Origin: Candidatus Omnitrophota bacterium
GTDB lineage: Bacteria > Omnitrophota > Gorgyraeia > Zapsychrales > Fredricksoniimonadaceae
Direction of reading: 5' to 3'
NCBI GenBank assembly: GCA_015233675.1
Contig: JADFXH010000004.1
Location: 136,492-200,491 of the forward strand
DNA: 64,000 nucleotides
Of this stretch, positions 10,495 to 20,600 are shown piece by piece. Both the position numbers and the translations under genes were made by a program. The notes under the pieces are model-generated. The model had not been told where the DNA came from and searched no databases. It saw only the letters and a list, made by a program, of their open reading frames with translations. Position 1 is the stretch's first letter. Each line of letters starts with the position of its first letter.

Positions 10495-11247
10495 TTATTT
10501 TTTAAATAATCCACTGATACTGCCGGTAATCCCGTTTACACTCTTAAATACTGTTGTGCCGGTATGCTGCATGTCTTGGGCCATGCCAGTGACAGCGCTG
10601 CCAACTGCTTTAATAGTTTCGCCGGAAATAGATTTGAGGACAGTCTGAATAAGTTCGGCAGGAGTGAGGCCATTGGCGCCACGCCCCAAATCAGTAAGAT
10701 GAATGTCCGGTAAAGGTAGGGTCATTTCCTTACTGGCAAAACCTCTGAGATTAATGTAAACCTTCGCTCCGGTAATAAGAAAATCATCTACTTCGATTTT
10801 TGGAGCAGGCTTACTTCCGGGCTGGGCAGGCAAAACTTTCTTGGAAAAAGCATTCACGTTATCCATTATCTGGCTCAAATTATTACTGCTGAGCCCTCCT
10901 TCAAAAGTGATCTGAGGAGATTTAACCTGCACTGAACGCACAACAATCTTATCCGATAAAACAGAAAACGGATCAACGCTTACAGCGGCTAAACCAACAC
11001 TGATGGCTTGCGGCGTTTTGTACCCCTCGGGGTTACCTACGATAAGGCCTTTAATTTGAGCCGCACCATTAAAAAGCCCAACATCAACAGCATCCACTTT
11101 TACCGGGACTTGGATTATTTGGGGGCCCAGCTCTTGCATACCAATCTTGACAATAGGCCCAATGTACATACCCGTCCCAACAATAACCACGATAATCAAA
11201 ACCAACAAACCAACTCCTAAAATACAGAAAGTTTTTTTCATAGACAT
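10495..11247 (-). CDS. Membrane-anchored hypothetical protein (AsmA/DUF748-like; tentative)
   Basis: 250-aa ORF with a single N-terminal TM helix followed by beta-rich repeats. The family assignment is only an impression. Confidence 0.5.
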   Translation of the reverse strand: MSMKKTFCILGVGLLVLIIVVIVGTGMYIGPIVKIGMQELGPQIIQVPVKVDAVDVGLFNGAAQIKGLIVGNPEGYKTPQAISVGLAAVSVDPFSVLSDKIVVRSVQVKSPQITFEGGLSSNNLSQIMDNVNAFSKKVLPAQPGSKPAPKIEVDDFLITGAKVYINLRGFASKEMTLPLPDIHLTDLGRGANGLTPAELIQTVLKSISGETIKAVGSAVTGMAQDMQHTGTTVFKSVNGITGSISGLFKK

Positions 11248-11345
11248 AGTCCTTTAGTGAAGTTCGTTACGCTTCCAATATTCATTTTTAACTGTAATCA
11301 TTATATCATTAATCCGCTAAAATCCTAAAACAACAGACAATCCAA

Positions 11346-11381
11346 ACAAAAAGACAGAACCTCAACCAATGAAATTCTGTC
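11346..11381 (-). terminator. Rho-independent terminator after the GST gene
   Basis: On the minus strand, GACAGAA...TTCTGTC stem followed by a T-run. The sequence is closely related to the terminator at 28440-28474. Confidence 0.6.
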
Positions 11382-11433
11382 TAAGGGACAATCCAGCTGT
11401 TTTCCTCGTATGAGCAAAGTTGGTAATACCGGC

Positions 11434-12021
11434 TCATATCCCTTCTTGCTGTAATGTTTTTTGAACAGCTGGACGCGCCTGAATTCGCTTTACAAAAGAA
11501 ACCAGGTTCTTCCAGAGGCCTAGATCAATACCTAAATGCGGGCACCAATTTAATACTGTAAAAAGATAGGCATCCGCCGGGCCAAAGGCCTTGCCTATCA
11601 CAAATTCCCGGTTAGCTAATTTCTTATCCATGAAATCAAACCGTTTAGCCACCTTATCTTTAATTCCTGTAATTATTTCCTTAGGAGCCTCTTTATAGCC
11701 AAAGAGTGAACTAATCGTTTTGTGCAGTTCTGTCGCGATAAAAACAAGACATTCCAGTTGTTGATAACGATCCGCCTTTTCTTTAGAAGAGTCTAAATCT
11801 GTTAAATATGTTAAAATCGCAACACCCTCAGTTAACATTTGTCCATTATCAAGCACCAGCACGGGGACATACCCTTTAGGGTTAATCTTATAGAAGTCTT
11901 CGCCTTTTGCAGTTTTATGTGTTTTGAGATCTACTGTTTCCGAGTCATATTTCAACCCTAATTCATTTAATACAATGTGTGATGCCAACGAGCAGGCTGA
12001 TGGTGTGTAATAAAGTTTCAT
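11434..12021 (-). CDS. Glutathione S-transferase (GstA-like)
   Basis: The N-terminus MKLYYTPSACSLASHIVLNELGL...NPKGYVPVLVLDNGQMLTEGVAILTYL is collinear with E. coli GstA as I recall it. Strong SD AAGGAAGGAG. Confidence 0.9.
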   Translation of the reverse strand: MKLYYTPSACSLASHIVLNELGLKYDSETVDLKTHKTAKGEDFYKINPKGYVPVLVLDNGQMLTEGVAILTYLTDLDSSKEKADRYQQLECLVFIATELHKTISSLFGYKEAPKEIITGIKDKVAKRFDFMDKKLANREFVIGKAFGPADAYLFTVLNWCPHLGIDLGLWKNLVSFVKRIQARPAVQKTLQQEGI

Positions 12022-12029
12022 CTTTATCT

Positions 12030-12085
12030 CCTTCCTTAAAATTCCACGAGGCTTTCCATTGATTAGGTCGGGCCAACCGCCCTTC
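12030..12085. repeat. Single copy of a ~52-bp leader element also found in tandem at 25053-25164
   Basis: CCTTCCTTAAAATTCCAC..GATTAGGTCGGGCCAACCGCCCTT lies immediately upstream of the GST start (minus-strand sense). Confidence 0.7.
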
Positions 12086-12129
12086 AGTAGCCGCCGGGGG
12101 GCCAGCCATAGACACGAGAAATTAAAAGA

Positions 12130-12555
12130 TCATTTTGGATAGGAATAATTCACCATCCATTGAATGCCAAACTTATCTGTAAACATTCCAAAATATGAGT
12201 TCCAAAATGTCTTTTGGAGCGGCATTGTTGTTTTCCCGCCTTTTGAAAGATCATTAAACAACTTGGTTGCTTCTGCTTCGCTATCTGTATTTAAAGATAA
12301 ATGAAAATTATTACCAATCTTTAATTTATGGCCCGCTGATTCCAGGGAATCAGTACCCATGAGAACATTGCCATTACCGACAGGCAAAGCAATATGCATA
12401 ATTTTATTTTGATCTTTCGCAGGTATTTTGTCCCCTTCGGGAGTATCTTTATAACGCTGCAAAACAGTGAACTCCGTATCAAATACTAATTTATAAAAAT
12501 TAAATGCTTCTTCTGTGTTACCTTTAAAATTTAAATACGAATTCACTCTTGCCAT
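12130..12555 (-). CDS. VOC/glyoxalase-fold protein (PhnB/YjdN-like)
   Basis: MARVNSYLNFKGNTEEAFNFYKLVF...IMHIALPVGN...FGIQWMV pattern. The start is moved to the ATG at 12555. Confidence 0.75.
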   Translation of the reverse strand: MARVNSYLNFKGNTEEAFNFYKLVFDTEFTVLQRYKDTPEGDKIPAKDQNKIMHIALPVGNGNVLMGTDSLESAGHKLKIGNNFHLSLNTDSEAEATKLFNDLSKGGKTTMPLQKTFWNSYFGMFTDKFGIQWMVNYSYPK

Positions 12556-12772
12556 TATGCACATCCTTTCTAGCATGGTGTCTAAAGTCTCTTGGAATAT
12601 ACATAATAAAAATCATGGTGTACAGGTCATGATTCGTCAATTTACTGATTTTTTTCTACTATTTAGTTTTATACAATAGGGGGCAGCATTAAACAATTTC
12701 CGATAAAATTCCGGCTTATCCTTTTTTCAAGATGATGCAATACCAGCGATGACAAATTATACTTTCATATCT

Positions 12773-13627
12773 TCACCTCAAAGTATATAGAAAACCTGTC
12801 AACAAACATAAAACGGTTACTGAGGCTAAAAATATAGCTGTCACTTTAACCCCGAATTCTTTTCTCAAAACCAGAATTGTCCCATAAGACACTACAGGAC
12901 CAAGCAAAAGCAAACACATCCCCGCGCCGATATTTAAACCTTGGGCGACCAAAGCATGGACTAAAGGAACGCTGCTGGTTGCGCACATATATATAACTAA
13001 TCCATAAAGAACAGCAAAGAAGTATCCATACCCTTGAGCAAGATAGCTTTTAATCCATACGCCAATGGGACCGACGCTCATGACCAAAGCTGCCAAGAAA
13101 ATGCCTAAAATAAGCTGCAGGCCGATTTCTTTAGGCATATCTATGAAGGCAAATTTAAGAACACTTTTAATCCTCTGCCAAAAATTATTTCTTTCAATCT
13201 TGGGTGAACAATGGCAACAATCACTTTTTTTATCATCAATCGGTCCGCGTGTTATATCAGAGAGCTCAGCATTTAAAAGATTGCCTATCAAGCCCATGAT
13301 AAAACCAACGATGATGATCGCAAAAAACATATAAACAGTGAATTTAGGCCCCATAAATCGCCATGTCACAAAAAGCGCACTGATAGAGGTTGCAGGTGTC
13401 GCGACCAGAATAGAAAATAAAGGCCCGAGCCCAGCCCCCTTCTTTCGGAAGCTCAGGGCAATCGGCAGAGATCCCCAACAGCATACCGGCGAAATAGCAC
13501 CTATCAAGGTGGCCAATATGATGGGCATAAAACCTTTGCCGCCTAAATACCTTTCAACCCAATTGCCCGGTATAAATTCATTAATAATTCCGCTAAACAG
13601 GAGTCCCAACGCAAGGGCTGGGATCAA
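12773..13627 (-). CDS. Polytopic permease of the DUF318/YraQ (ArsP-type) family; tentative
   Basis: 284 aa with multiple TM helices. Cys-containing motifs ISPVCCWGSLP and MCATSSVP are typical of that family. Confidence 0.65.
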   Translation of the reverse strand: MIPALALGLLFSGIINEFIPGNWVERYLGGKGFMPIILATLIGAISPVCCWGSLPIALSFRKKGAGLGPLFSILVATPATSISALFVTWRFMGPKFTVYMFFAIIIVGFIMGLIGNLLNAELSDITRGPIDDKKSDCCHCSPKIERNNFWQRIKSVLKFAFIDMPKEIGLQLILGIFLAALVMSVGPIGVWIKSYLAQGYGYFFAVLYGLVIYMCATSSVPLVHALVAQGLNIGAGMCLLLLGPVVSYGTILVLRKEFGVKVTAIFLASVTVLCLLTGFLYTLR

Positions 13628-13743
13628 TTGGATTGAATAATCTTTTAGAACATCAAAGAAATATAAAATATAACATCTCCAATATGGGCCTTTAGAAGAG
13701 GATTATACCATATCACATCTTATCTATTTAGAACCAGTTTTAT

Positions 13744-14342
13744 CATTTCAAACTGGAAAAACTTACAAGTTTTCCAGTCTTCTCATCCCATAAAACTAAA
13801 AACATAGACTTAACCCCTTCCATAAAAGTACGGGGTTTAATCTGTAGTTGGGGAATCTCTCTATAACATCTTTCAAGATTGTAATTAGAGATTCTATAAT
13901 TTAAGTGATGTATAAAGTGATACCCAATATGGCCCGTAAGCTATTCGAGGAAGTTTGGTCCTAGACCAATAAACATTTTCAAACTGATGATGTATATAAA
14001 ATATCCATACCACGATAAAAAGAAAAAGCGGGTTACGATATACCCTGCAGCCCAACTTTAACCTTAACGGAGCCTGTCGGTATTCACCAACGGTCATAGT
14101 CCATATATCACCGAGACCGCGTTTTTCTAAATTAGCAACAGTTGCATGATGAAGGACATGAGTCTGCCTGAAATCAAAAAAAGCAATGAATGTAAATATT
14201 CCGCAAATATGCCCCCAAAAAAAACAGGCACTAGGGGAACCTTTAAAATATGTTTTATGCGCACAATCATGAAGAATACGTTTTTATTAAAGTCAGAGCC
14301 TTCGTATTGAGTTAATTGAAGCAGCCATGCGGTTTTTTCCAT
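13744..14342 (-). pseudogene. Decayed membrane fatty-acid desaturase (three reading frames plus an internal deletion)
   Basis: Hand translation finds His-box 1 ILHDCAH and box 2 THVLHHATVANLEKRGLGDIWTMTVGEY in one frame. That frame is closed upstream by TAA TAA. It continues as YIHHQFENVYW. Box 3 NIGYHFIHHLNYRISNYNLERCYREIPQLQ...LWDEKTGKLVSF lies in another frame. The N-terminus is only ~21 aa, in a third frame. Confidence 0.75.
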
Positions 14343-14509
14343 AAAAATATTTTATTCAGGTTAAATATCTCTGCAAGTTTTTTATGAAGGCCTCTTTTTC
14401 TCTTCATCCTTTAAGAAATCCTGCTTAAAGATGATCATTGAAAAAATAACCCTCTATATCCAATCGGGTACAGAGGGTCACAAAACTTGCAGCGGGTTAA
14501 AGGCCCGGG

Positions 14510-15190
14510 TTAAAATCTCCTCGTTGACCTTTGACTCTCTTGCAAATTTGGATGATTGGCTTCATGGGCTTCATTGTGGCTTTCCATCAGCAACCGGTAA
14601 TTGGGAATTATATGTTCCCCAAAGAGATTGGCATAATCCAATGCATCGGGACGATTCCATGTCTTTTGGAGTTCCCCTATAACGGCAAATGTATCGATGG
14701 GAATTACACCGGCTTGTACAAGGCGGGCGATCGTCAAATCAGTTGCCATCTGGCTCCAGTTGCCCGACGCGTCTACCACAGCATACACCCTGTAACCCGA
14801 CTCTACGGCACAAATAGCCGGAAAGGCAAGGCACACACTCGTGAGTGTGCCAGTCATCACGATTGTCTTTCGCTTTGTCTCTTCAACGGCCATCACGAAT
14901 TCAGGCACATCCCAAGCGTTGATCTGCCCCTGACGTGGAACATATCTTGCGTGAGGAGCAAATTTTCGAATCTCCGGAATAACGGGACCGTTGGGACCTT
15001 CCGGTACGGATGCCGTTGTGATGACAGGGATCTTCAACATGGTCGCGACCTTGGCAAGAGCAATAACATGATTACGCAGGTCAGAAATAAACATGTCTTC
15101 AACTAAATTAAAAAGACCGCTCTGATGGTCAATTAACAGCATTACAACGTCGTTGTGATCGATCATGATTTTTTCCCGGGGTATTTTCAT
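14510..15190 (-). CDS. Isochorismatase-family cysteine hydrolase (YcaC-like)
   Basis: [10 protein letters not shown] and [23 protein letters not shown] (catalytic Cys context). Confidence 0.85.
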   Translation of the reverse strand: MKIPREKIMIDHNDVVMLLIDHQSGLFNLVEDMFISDLRNHVIALAKVATMLKIPVITTASVPEGPNGPVIPEIRKFAPHARYVPRQGQINAWDVPEFVMAVEETKRKTIVMTGTLTSVCLAFPAICAVESGYRVYAVVDASGNWSQMATDLTIARLVQAGVIPIDTFAVIGELQKTWNRPDALDYANLFGEHIIPNYRLLMESHNEAHEANHPNLQESQRSTRRF

Positions 15191-15250
15191 ATGGTTCTCC
15201 TTTCTTAATCGAAACCAAACTATTTAAAACCGCAACAATTCAGATTATCG

Positions 15251-15967
15251 CTACTTTAAATCAAACAAGATAAATTCACTATCTTCCATAGCTAATATTA
15301 TCGCTCTTTTTTCTTTGCTTATAGACAAGCCATCACCCGCTTTTAGATTTATCTTATTAATTTCCGAGACTCCCTTAATCATTTGGATCCAGATATGACG
15401 CTCAGGGCGAATATTAAAATTGATTTCTTCTCGAAATTTCAATCGTCCTATATAAATGTCGGCATCTTGATTTATTCCTATGGACCCATTCCTTTTATCT
15501 CTGGATACAACAAGGACTAAATCCTGCTCTGAGAATTCGTTTTTGAAAGATTTTTGGCCATAACTTTGCCGCATGCCTTTTTTCTCAGGCAATATCCAAA
15601 TTTGAAAAAAGTGAGTTTCTAAATCTTTAAAAAAATTCCTTTCAGCATGCGTGATTCCGGCACCGGCACTCATAATTTGGACTTCATCAGGCAGGATGAC
15701 CGCTTTATTACCCAGTGAATCTGCATGCTCAAGACCTCCACTGACAACATAAGATACAATCTCCATATCATTATGGGAATGAGCACCAAATCCTGTCCCT
15801 CCTTGAATCCGATCCTCGTTGATAACCCGCAATGTACTAAAACCCATGTGGTTAGGGTCATAATAATCAGCGAAAGAAAAAGTATGGTAACTATTAAGCC
15901 ACCCCTGATCGGTATGGCCCCGTTCTAAAGCAGGCCGGACAACAGTGTTTCTGCTCTGTGTCAGCAT
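15251..15967 (-). CDS. Pirin-family (YhhW-like) cupin protein
   Basis: GFGAHSHNDMEIVSYVVSGGLEHADSLGN metal-site motif; 238 aa. Confidence 0.9.
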   Translation of the reverse strand: MLTQSRNTVVRPALERGHTDQGWLNSYHTFSFADYYDPNHMGFSTLRVINEDRIQGGTGFGAHSHNDMEIVSYVVSGGLEHADSLGNKAVILPDEVQIMSAGAGITHAERNFFKDLETHFFQIWILPEKKGMRQSYGQKSFKNEFSEQDLVLVVSRDKRNGSIGINQDADIYIGRLKFREEINFNIRPERHIWIQMIKGVSEINKINLKAGDGLSISKEKRAIILAMEDSEFILFDLK

Positions 15968-16132
15968 AATTATTTCCTTCTAATTCGAGAACCATCTTAT
16001 GTTTCTTTTATACAGGGTATAGGTATTTTATTCTTACCAGAATTTTTAGGTATGACCAAAATCCCTTTCTTTTTGACCTCTTGCCACTAAATTAAACAAA
16101 AATTAGCCAAATAGCTGGATCTTGCATCAAAT

Positions 16133-17413
16133 TCAGAGGGAGGTAATCGGCTCACGCATCAAGACAAATGGCCCCGGATCATCTGGATAAGAAATCCACC
16201 CGGCCAAAGACCCTCCATGGAGTTCATTGATAGGGCTGCCTTTTTCATTAAACAATTCTTTAACTTGGATGAAAATATTTTTCTGCGGTAAGCAAAGCTC
16301 ATAATTTGCGCCGACCTTAATGGAATTTCTTGCCTCAACTTTAAGACGTTTTTTTAAGGCGTCGTATTGGCGCACAATGCCCGTATAGCGATAAGAAGAA
16401 TATTGGGAATTACTCATTAGATATTCTTGCCCATTCCCGCCCGGGTCGCCACGCAGGAACCCGTCAATAAAACCCCGGTTCGATGTAGAAAGTATTTCTT
16501 GCATAAGTTCTGGATTAAAAGGTTTTCCGGCGGCCATATCATCAATGGCCCTGCGGTAGGCGCGGGTAGTCATAGCTACATAATAAACAGACTTGGAGCG
16601 GCCTTCGACTTTAAAAGAACACACTCCGGCATCCCTCAGCTGCCCTAACAAATGGATAGCACATAGGTCTTTAGAGTTCATTAAGTAACTTCCGTTCTCA
16701 TCTTCATCCAATTCGAATAATTGCCCGGGACGCTCTGATTCCTTGAGATAAAACTGCCCCTCAAGCGGTTCATACGCGGCACGACCTTCTTTTTGATAAA
16801 TCTTATACTTCCAACGGCAAGAATTTGCGCAAGCTCCCTGATTACCGTCACGGTTACTTAAGTAATTAGAAATCAAGCAACGGCCTGAATAGGCCATGCA
16901 GACGGCGCCATGCACAAAAGATTCCAGCTCCACCTCCGGGCAAGCTTCGTGCATCTGCTTTATTTCCTCGATGGAAATCTCCCGTGAGACAACGATCCGC
17001 TTGGCCCCATTGTTCTGCCAAAACCTAACCGATGCATGATTAATAACATTAGACTGTACCGAAATATGGATCACCTGCCCAGGAAAATATTCTCTCATCA
17101 ACATAATAAGGCCGGGATCTGACATAATCCAGGCATCCGGCTGACAAAGCGCGAGAAGTTGTGCGATATATGTATTAAACGAAGCCAATTTATGATTGTG
17201 AGGAAATACATTCGCCGTCACATAAATTTTTTTGCCTAAGTTATGGGCATAATGGACAGCCATCGCAACTTGCTCAAAATTTTTAAAACCATTTTCTCTG
17301 GAACGAAGAGAAAAACGAGGGATTCCCAAATACACAGCATCCGCGCCAAAAGCAAAGGCATATCTCATTTTTTCTATGTCACCGGCCGGGATTAATAATT
17401 CTGGTCTAATCAA
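16133..17413 (-). CDS. Peptidase U32 family protein (YegQ/RlhA-like RNA hydroxylation-associated type)
   Basis: MIRPELLIPAGDIEKMRYAFAFGADAVYLG and ESFVHGAVCMAYSGRCLISNY signature. Confidence 0.9.
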   Translation of the reverse strand: MIRPELLIPAGDIEKMRYAFAFGADAVYLGIPRFSLRSRENGFKNFEQVAMAVHYAHNLGKKIYVTANVFPHNHKLASFNTYIAQLLALCQPDAWIMSDPGLIMLMREYFPGQVIHISVQSNVINHASVRFWQNNGAKRIVVSREISIEEIKQMHEACPEVELESFVHGAVCMAYSGRCLISNYLSNRDGNQGACANSCRWKYKIYQKEGRAAYEPLEGQFYLKESERPGQLFELDEDENGSYLMNSKDLCAIHLLGQLRDAGVCSFKVEGRSKSVYYVAMTTRAYRRAIDDMAAGKPFNPELMQEILSTSNRGFIDGFLRGDPGGNGQEYLMSNSQYSSYRYTGIVRQYDALKKRLKVEARNSIKVGANYELCLPQKNIFIQVKELFNEKGSPINELHGGSLAGWISYPDDPGPFVLMREPITSL

Positions 17414-17624
17414 AAATGCACCTTTCTAAGGCCGCCATTAGATAATAGTATTGATTGATAGCAACTAGGCATAGGCCTCCTAATTAGATCTTGAATAATA
17501 TAACTGAAATACGGCTACTACTCAAGACAGTTCAAACCCATACATGAGCAAACACTTGTCTATCATCGAGGGGATGTGAGTATCCAGAATGAGGGCCGAG
17601 GAATAGAGGTTCAGCAGTATCAAC

Positions 17625-20600
17625 CTACCTTGCTGTGGGGTTACTTTCTTGAACACTTAATCCAAGGAATTGCCTCAGATCCGTCATAGGCTGGATATTA
17701 ATGATCACGGGCACAAAACCTGAGACGTTTTGGAGCTGTTGAAGCATGACGGGGTCGAAACTAAATCCAATGCCATCACGCTCCTTATGCACTTGAAGAT
17801 TCATCTTATCGCGGGTTAAATCAATACCGCCATTCTGTGCCGAATTCGCAATCAACGCTTTATCCAACGGCTGATTCATTTTGTCATCGTACCAAACAAA
17901 GACGCCATCCGTATTGCTTAAAACATTCAAATAATTACCGGTTCCGATACTCCTTGGGTGTTGAACAAGTATCTTGTCTCTTTTGTATGCCACATCTTCA
18001 CCTTCTCTAAAAGGCCCTTCATTCATTGTATATTGAAAATGATCCATAAAACTGCCTATCTCAGGAGGAATAATTGTAATGCCTCGCCCCAAATCAATAT
18101 TATCCCAATCATTGTGCCTTATGGCCGTTTGATTTCTTCCTCGGATAATTACTTTGGCATTAGTAGTCAAACTATTAATTAACTGATACGCTGACATCTT
18201 AAACGAATCCACTAAAACGTCCTGCGCATCCTTGATCACCAAGATATATTCAGGATGACTTTGCTGAAATGCCAATAGTTCCTGCTGATACTTATCCTTT
18301 AGCGCCTTACGAAGGTCTCTTTCTTTAGATCGCAACTCACTTACCTTCTGCTCATCATTGGCTGTTCTCGCTTCCGTCAACTCGCGCTGCAGAGAAATAT
18401 ACTCTGGAGAGCTACGATAATGGGTTGCGTTTTCAAGATTATCAATAACTAAAACAGGCAATCGATAATTACCATATCCGATCGCTTCCAAAGCTCCCCC
18501 GTAAGAATAGGCTTCGCCTAAACCCAAAGACTTATATTGGGCAAGCCTGGGAACATCCTCCGGATTCCCCAAATTAATCGTCCTTGATTGAAGGACATAA
18601 ACCTTCCCGTCTTTCTTGGATGATGCCAACTCAACCTGCTGAACACCGAATAAACTTTCTATTTTTGCTGCAGTTTCTCCAAACTCAGGAAGAACAGACT
18701 GAAGATGCTCACTGAGCTTGTTTTCATCTAAAGCATGAGTTTTTTTATTATAACCAATAGCTCCTCCGGAAGCCTTTCCCTCCTCACCACGAATTTCATA
18801 ATGGATCAACATCCTGTCAGGGTCATGGGTCGAGGTTACAAACATACCAAATACGTCAATATCCACTTGTTCCATAATAACCACATCCATCTTATTGGGA
18901 TCAAAATCAGTAACACCCAAATCCTTCCTGTATTTATGGGATTTATAACCATCTCTGGCATTGTTTACAATGTCTTTATAAGCACTCTCAACACTTTCCG
19001 GAAGTTTGAACCACGCGTCTTCTTCAGAAATATCTTTTTTGGGGACTTCATCTTGGGTGAGCACCGAAATATTATCAAAACTTTCAAACACTCCTGAAAA
19101 AGGATGATTGCGCCCCTCATCAGGATGCGCACTGCGCACTATAACCGGTTTCTGAAGGCTATTAAACGCCTTGCGTAATAAAGTATCATTCATTTCAAGA
19201 CGCCCGCTTCCATCCGACTTGACCACGAAGAATTTAGCGATATTAAATCCTGCCTGTTTAAGTTTAATTAATTTATCCGGCTTTTCACCAAGACCTTCAA
19301 TAGACGCATGCCTATCTTCAGGGAATATAATCTCTTGACTTATCATTGCATGGTCGGCATTGTGGGGGCCTTGATTCTTATACGCCAACGCCCGGCGGTA
19401 AATTGTTTCAAGCCAGCCTTGGCTGGCCTCCCCGATCCGGCGTGATGCCTCCTCAGATGAAACCAGTTCTACAGGAGCATCCCTAAGAGCCTTATCCAGG
19501 TCCCAGGCCGCGCCGGAATGGAAATCATTGACCTCAATGACATAAGCTGAAAATTTCCCTGCGTTGTGCCTTACAATGACGTCAACACCCATATAATCAA
19601 CAGCGTTCTGTTCTTTCTGTTTGACCTTGTCATCATCCATGGCCTGATTGATCGCCTGAAATGATTTGTGGCTTTCATCGTCAATGGCCTTTTCCATGTC
19701 CTGATATTCTTTCGGAGTCAGGTTAAGTTCTTGTGACACCTTTTCCAAAAGCCATGGCTTAGCGCTCTGGCTGATGTTGATGGCTTTACCTTCCTTGTCG
19801 ATCCGGACAACCTTAGCCAGCCGGCCTTTTTCATTACCCGTTACGAAAACACGCACATTCCAATCAAGGGTATCGTTGTCACGCTTGACAAATGGTGGCG
19901 TAACCCTTTCCTGGACTATAATGTTAATTCCGTTACGAACCATTTCATAGATCTCATCAATCTTGCGATGGAGATCTAATCGATTAAAAAATACGACGCC
20001 ATACCCGCATTGGCCGTCATTGGGCTTGGCAACGCCAGCTGTTATCTTGTTTTCGAGTAAAAAACTTTTAAGTTCTTTTTCTAATTGGAACTCCAAATCC
20101 CTGTCTTTGGAATTAAGCCTGATAACATTTTTTGAAGATGTCCTCTTTCGACTGATCATATCCTGTACAAAAATTCCCTTGCGGATGTAGTCACGGTCAG
20201 AAACGATGATTGCCCGCCACCGCGGCACTGTTACTCCTCTTTTTTCCAGCTCGATCATCGAAATATCTTTTAACCCTATATAATTGTCTTCCAGAGGCTG
20301 ACCAGGCTCTGGCACCACCGACTTGCCCAATAAATCGTCGAAACGCGCGTCAAGATTGATGACATAATCCAATGGCACGTCCAAAGGATTCTTGTTGACT
20401 ACCGGCGTGCCACTTTTGAACATAAAAAGAGGAGCCCCTACAATTGTCCCATACGACGCGCGTTTGGCTCTATTCATAGAAAAAAGATTGATGTTCCCGA
20501 AATGGCTGGCGGCTTGAAGCAGAGACAACTCATCTTCGCGTAAATCTCCGATATAGCCGACATTAACGACATCTTTTCCCGTAAGAAGCATATCGTCCTG

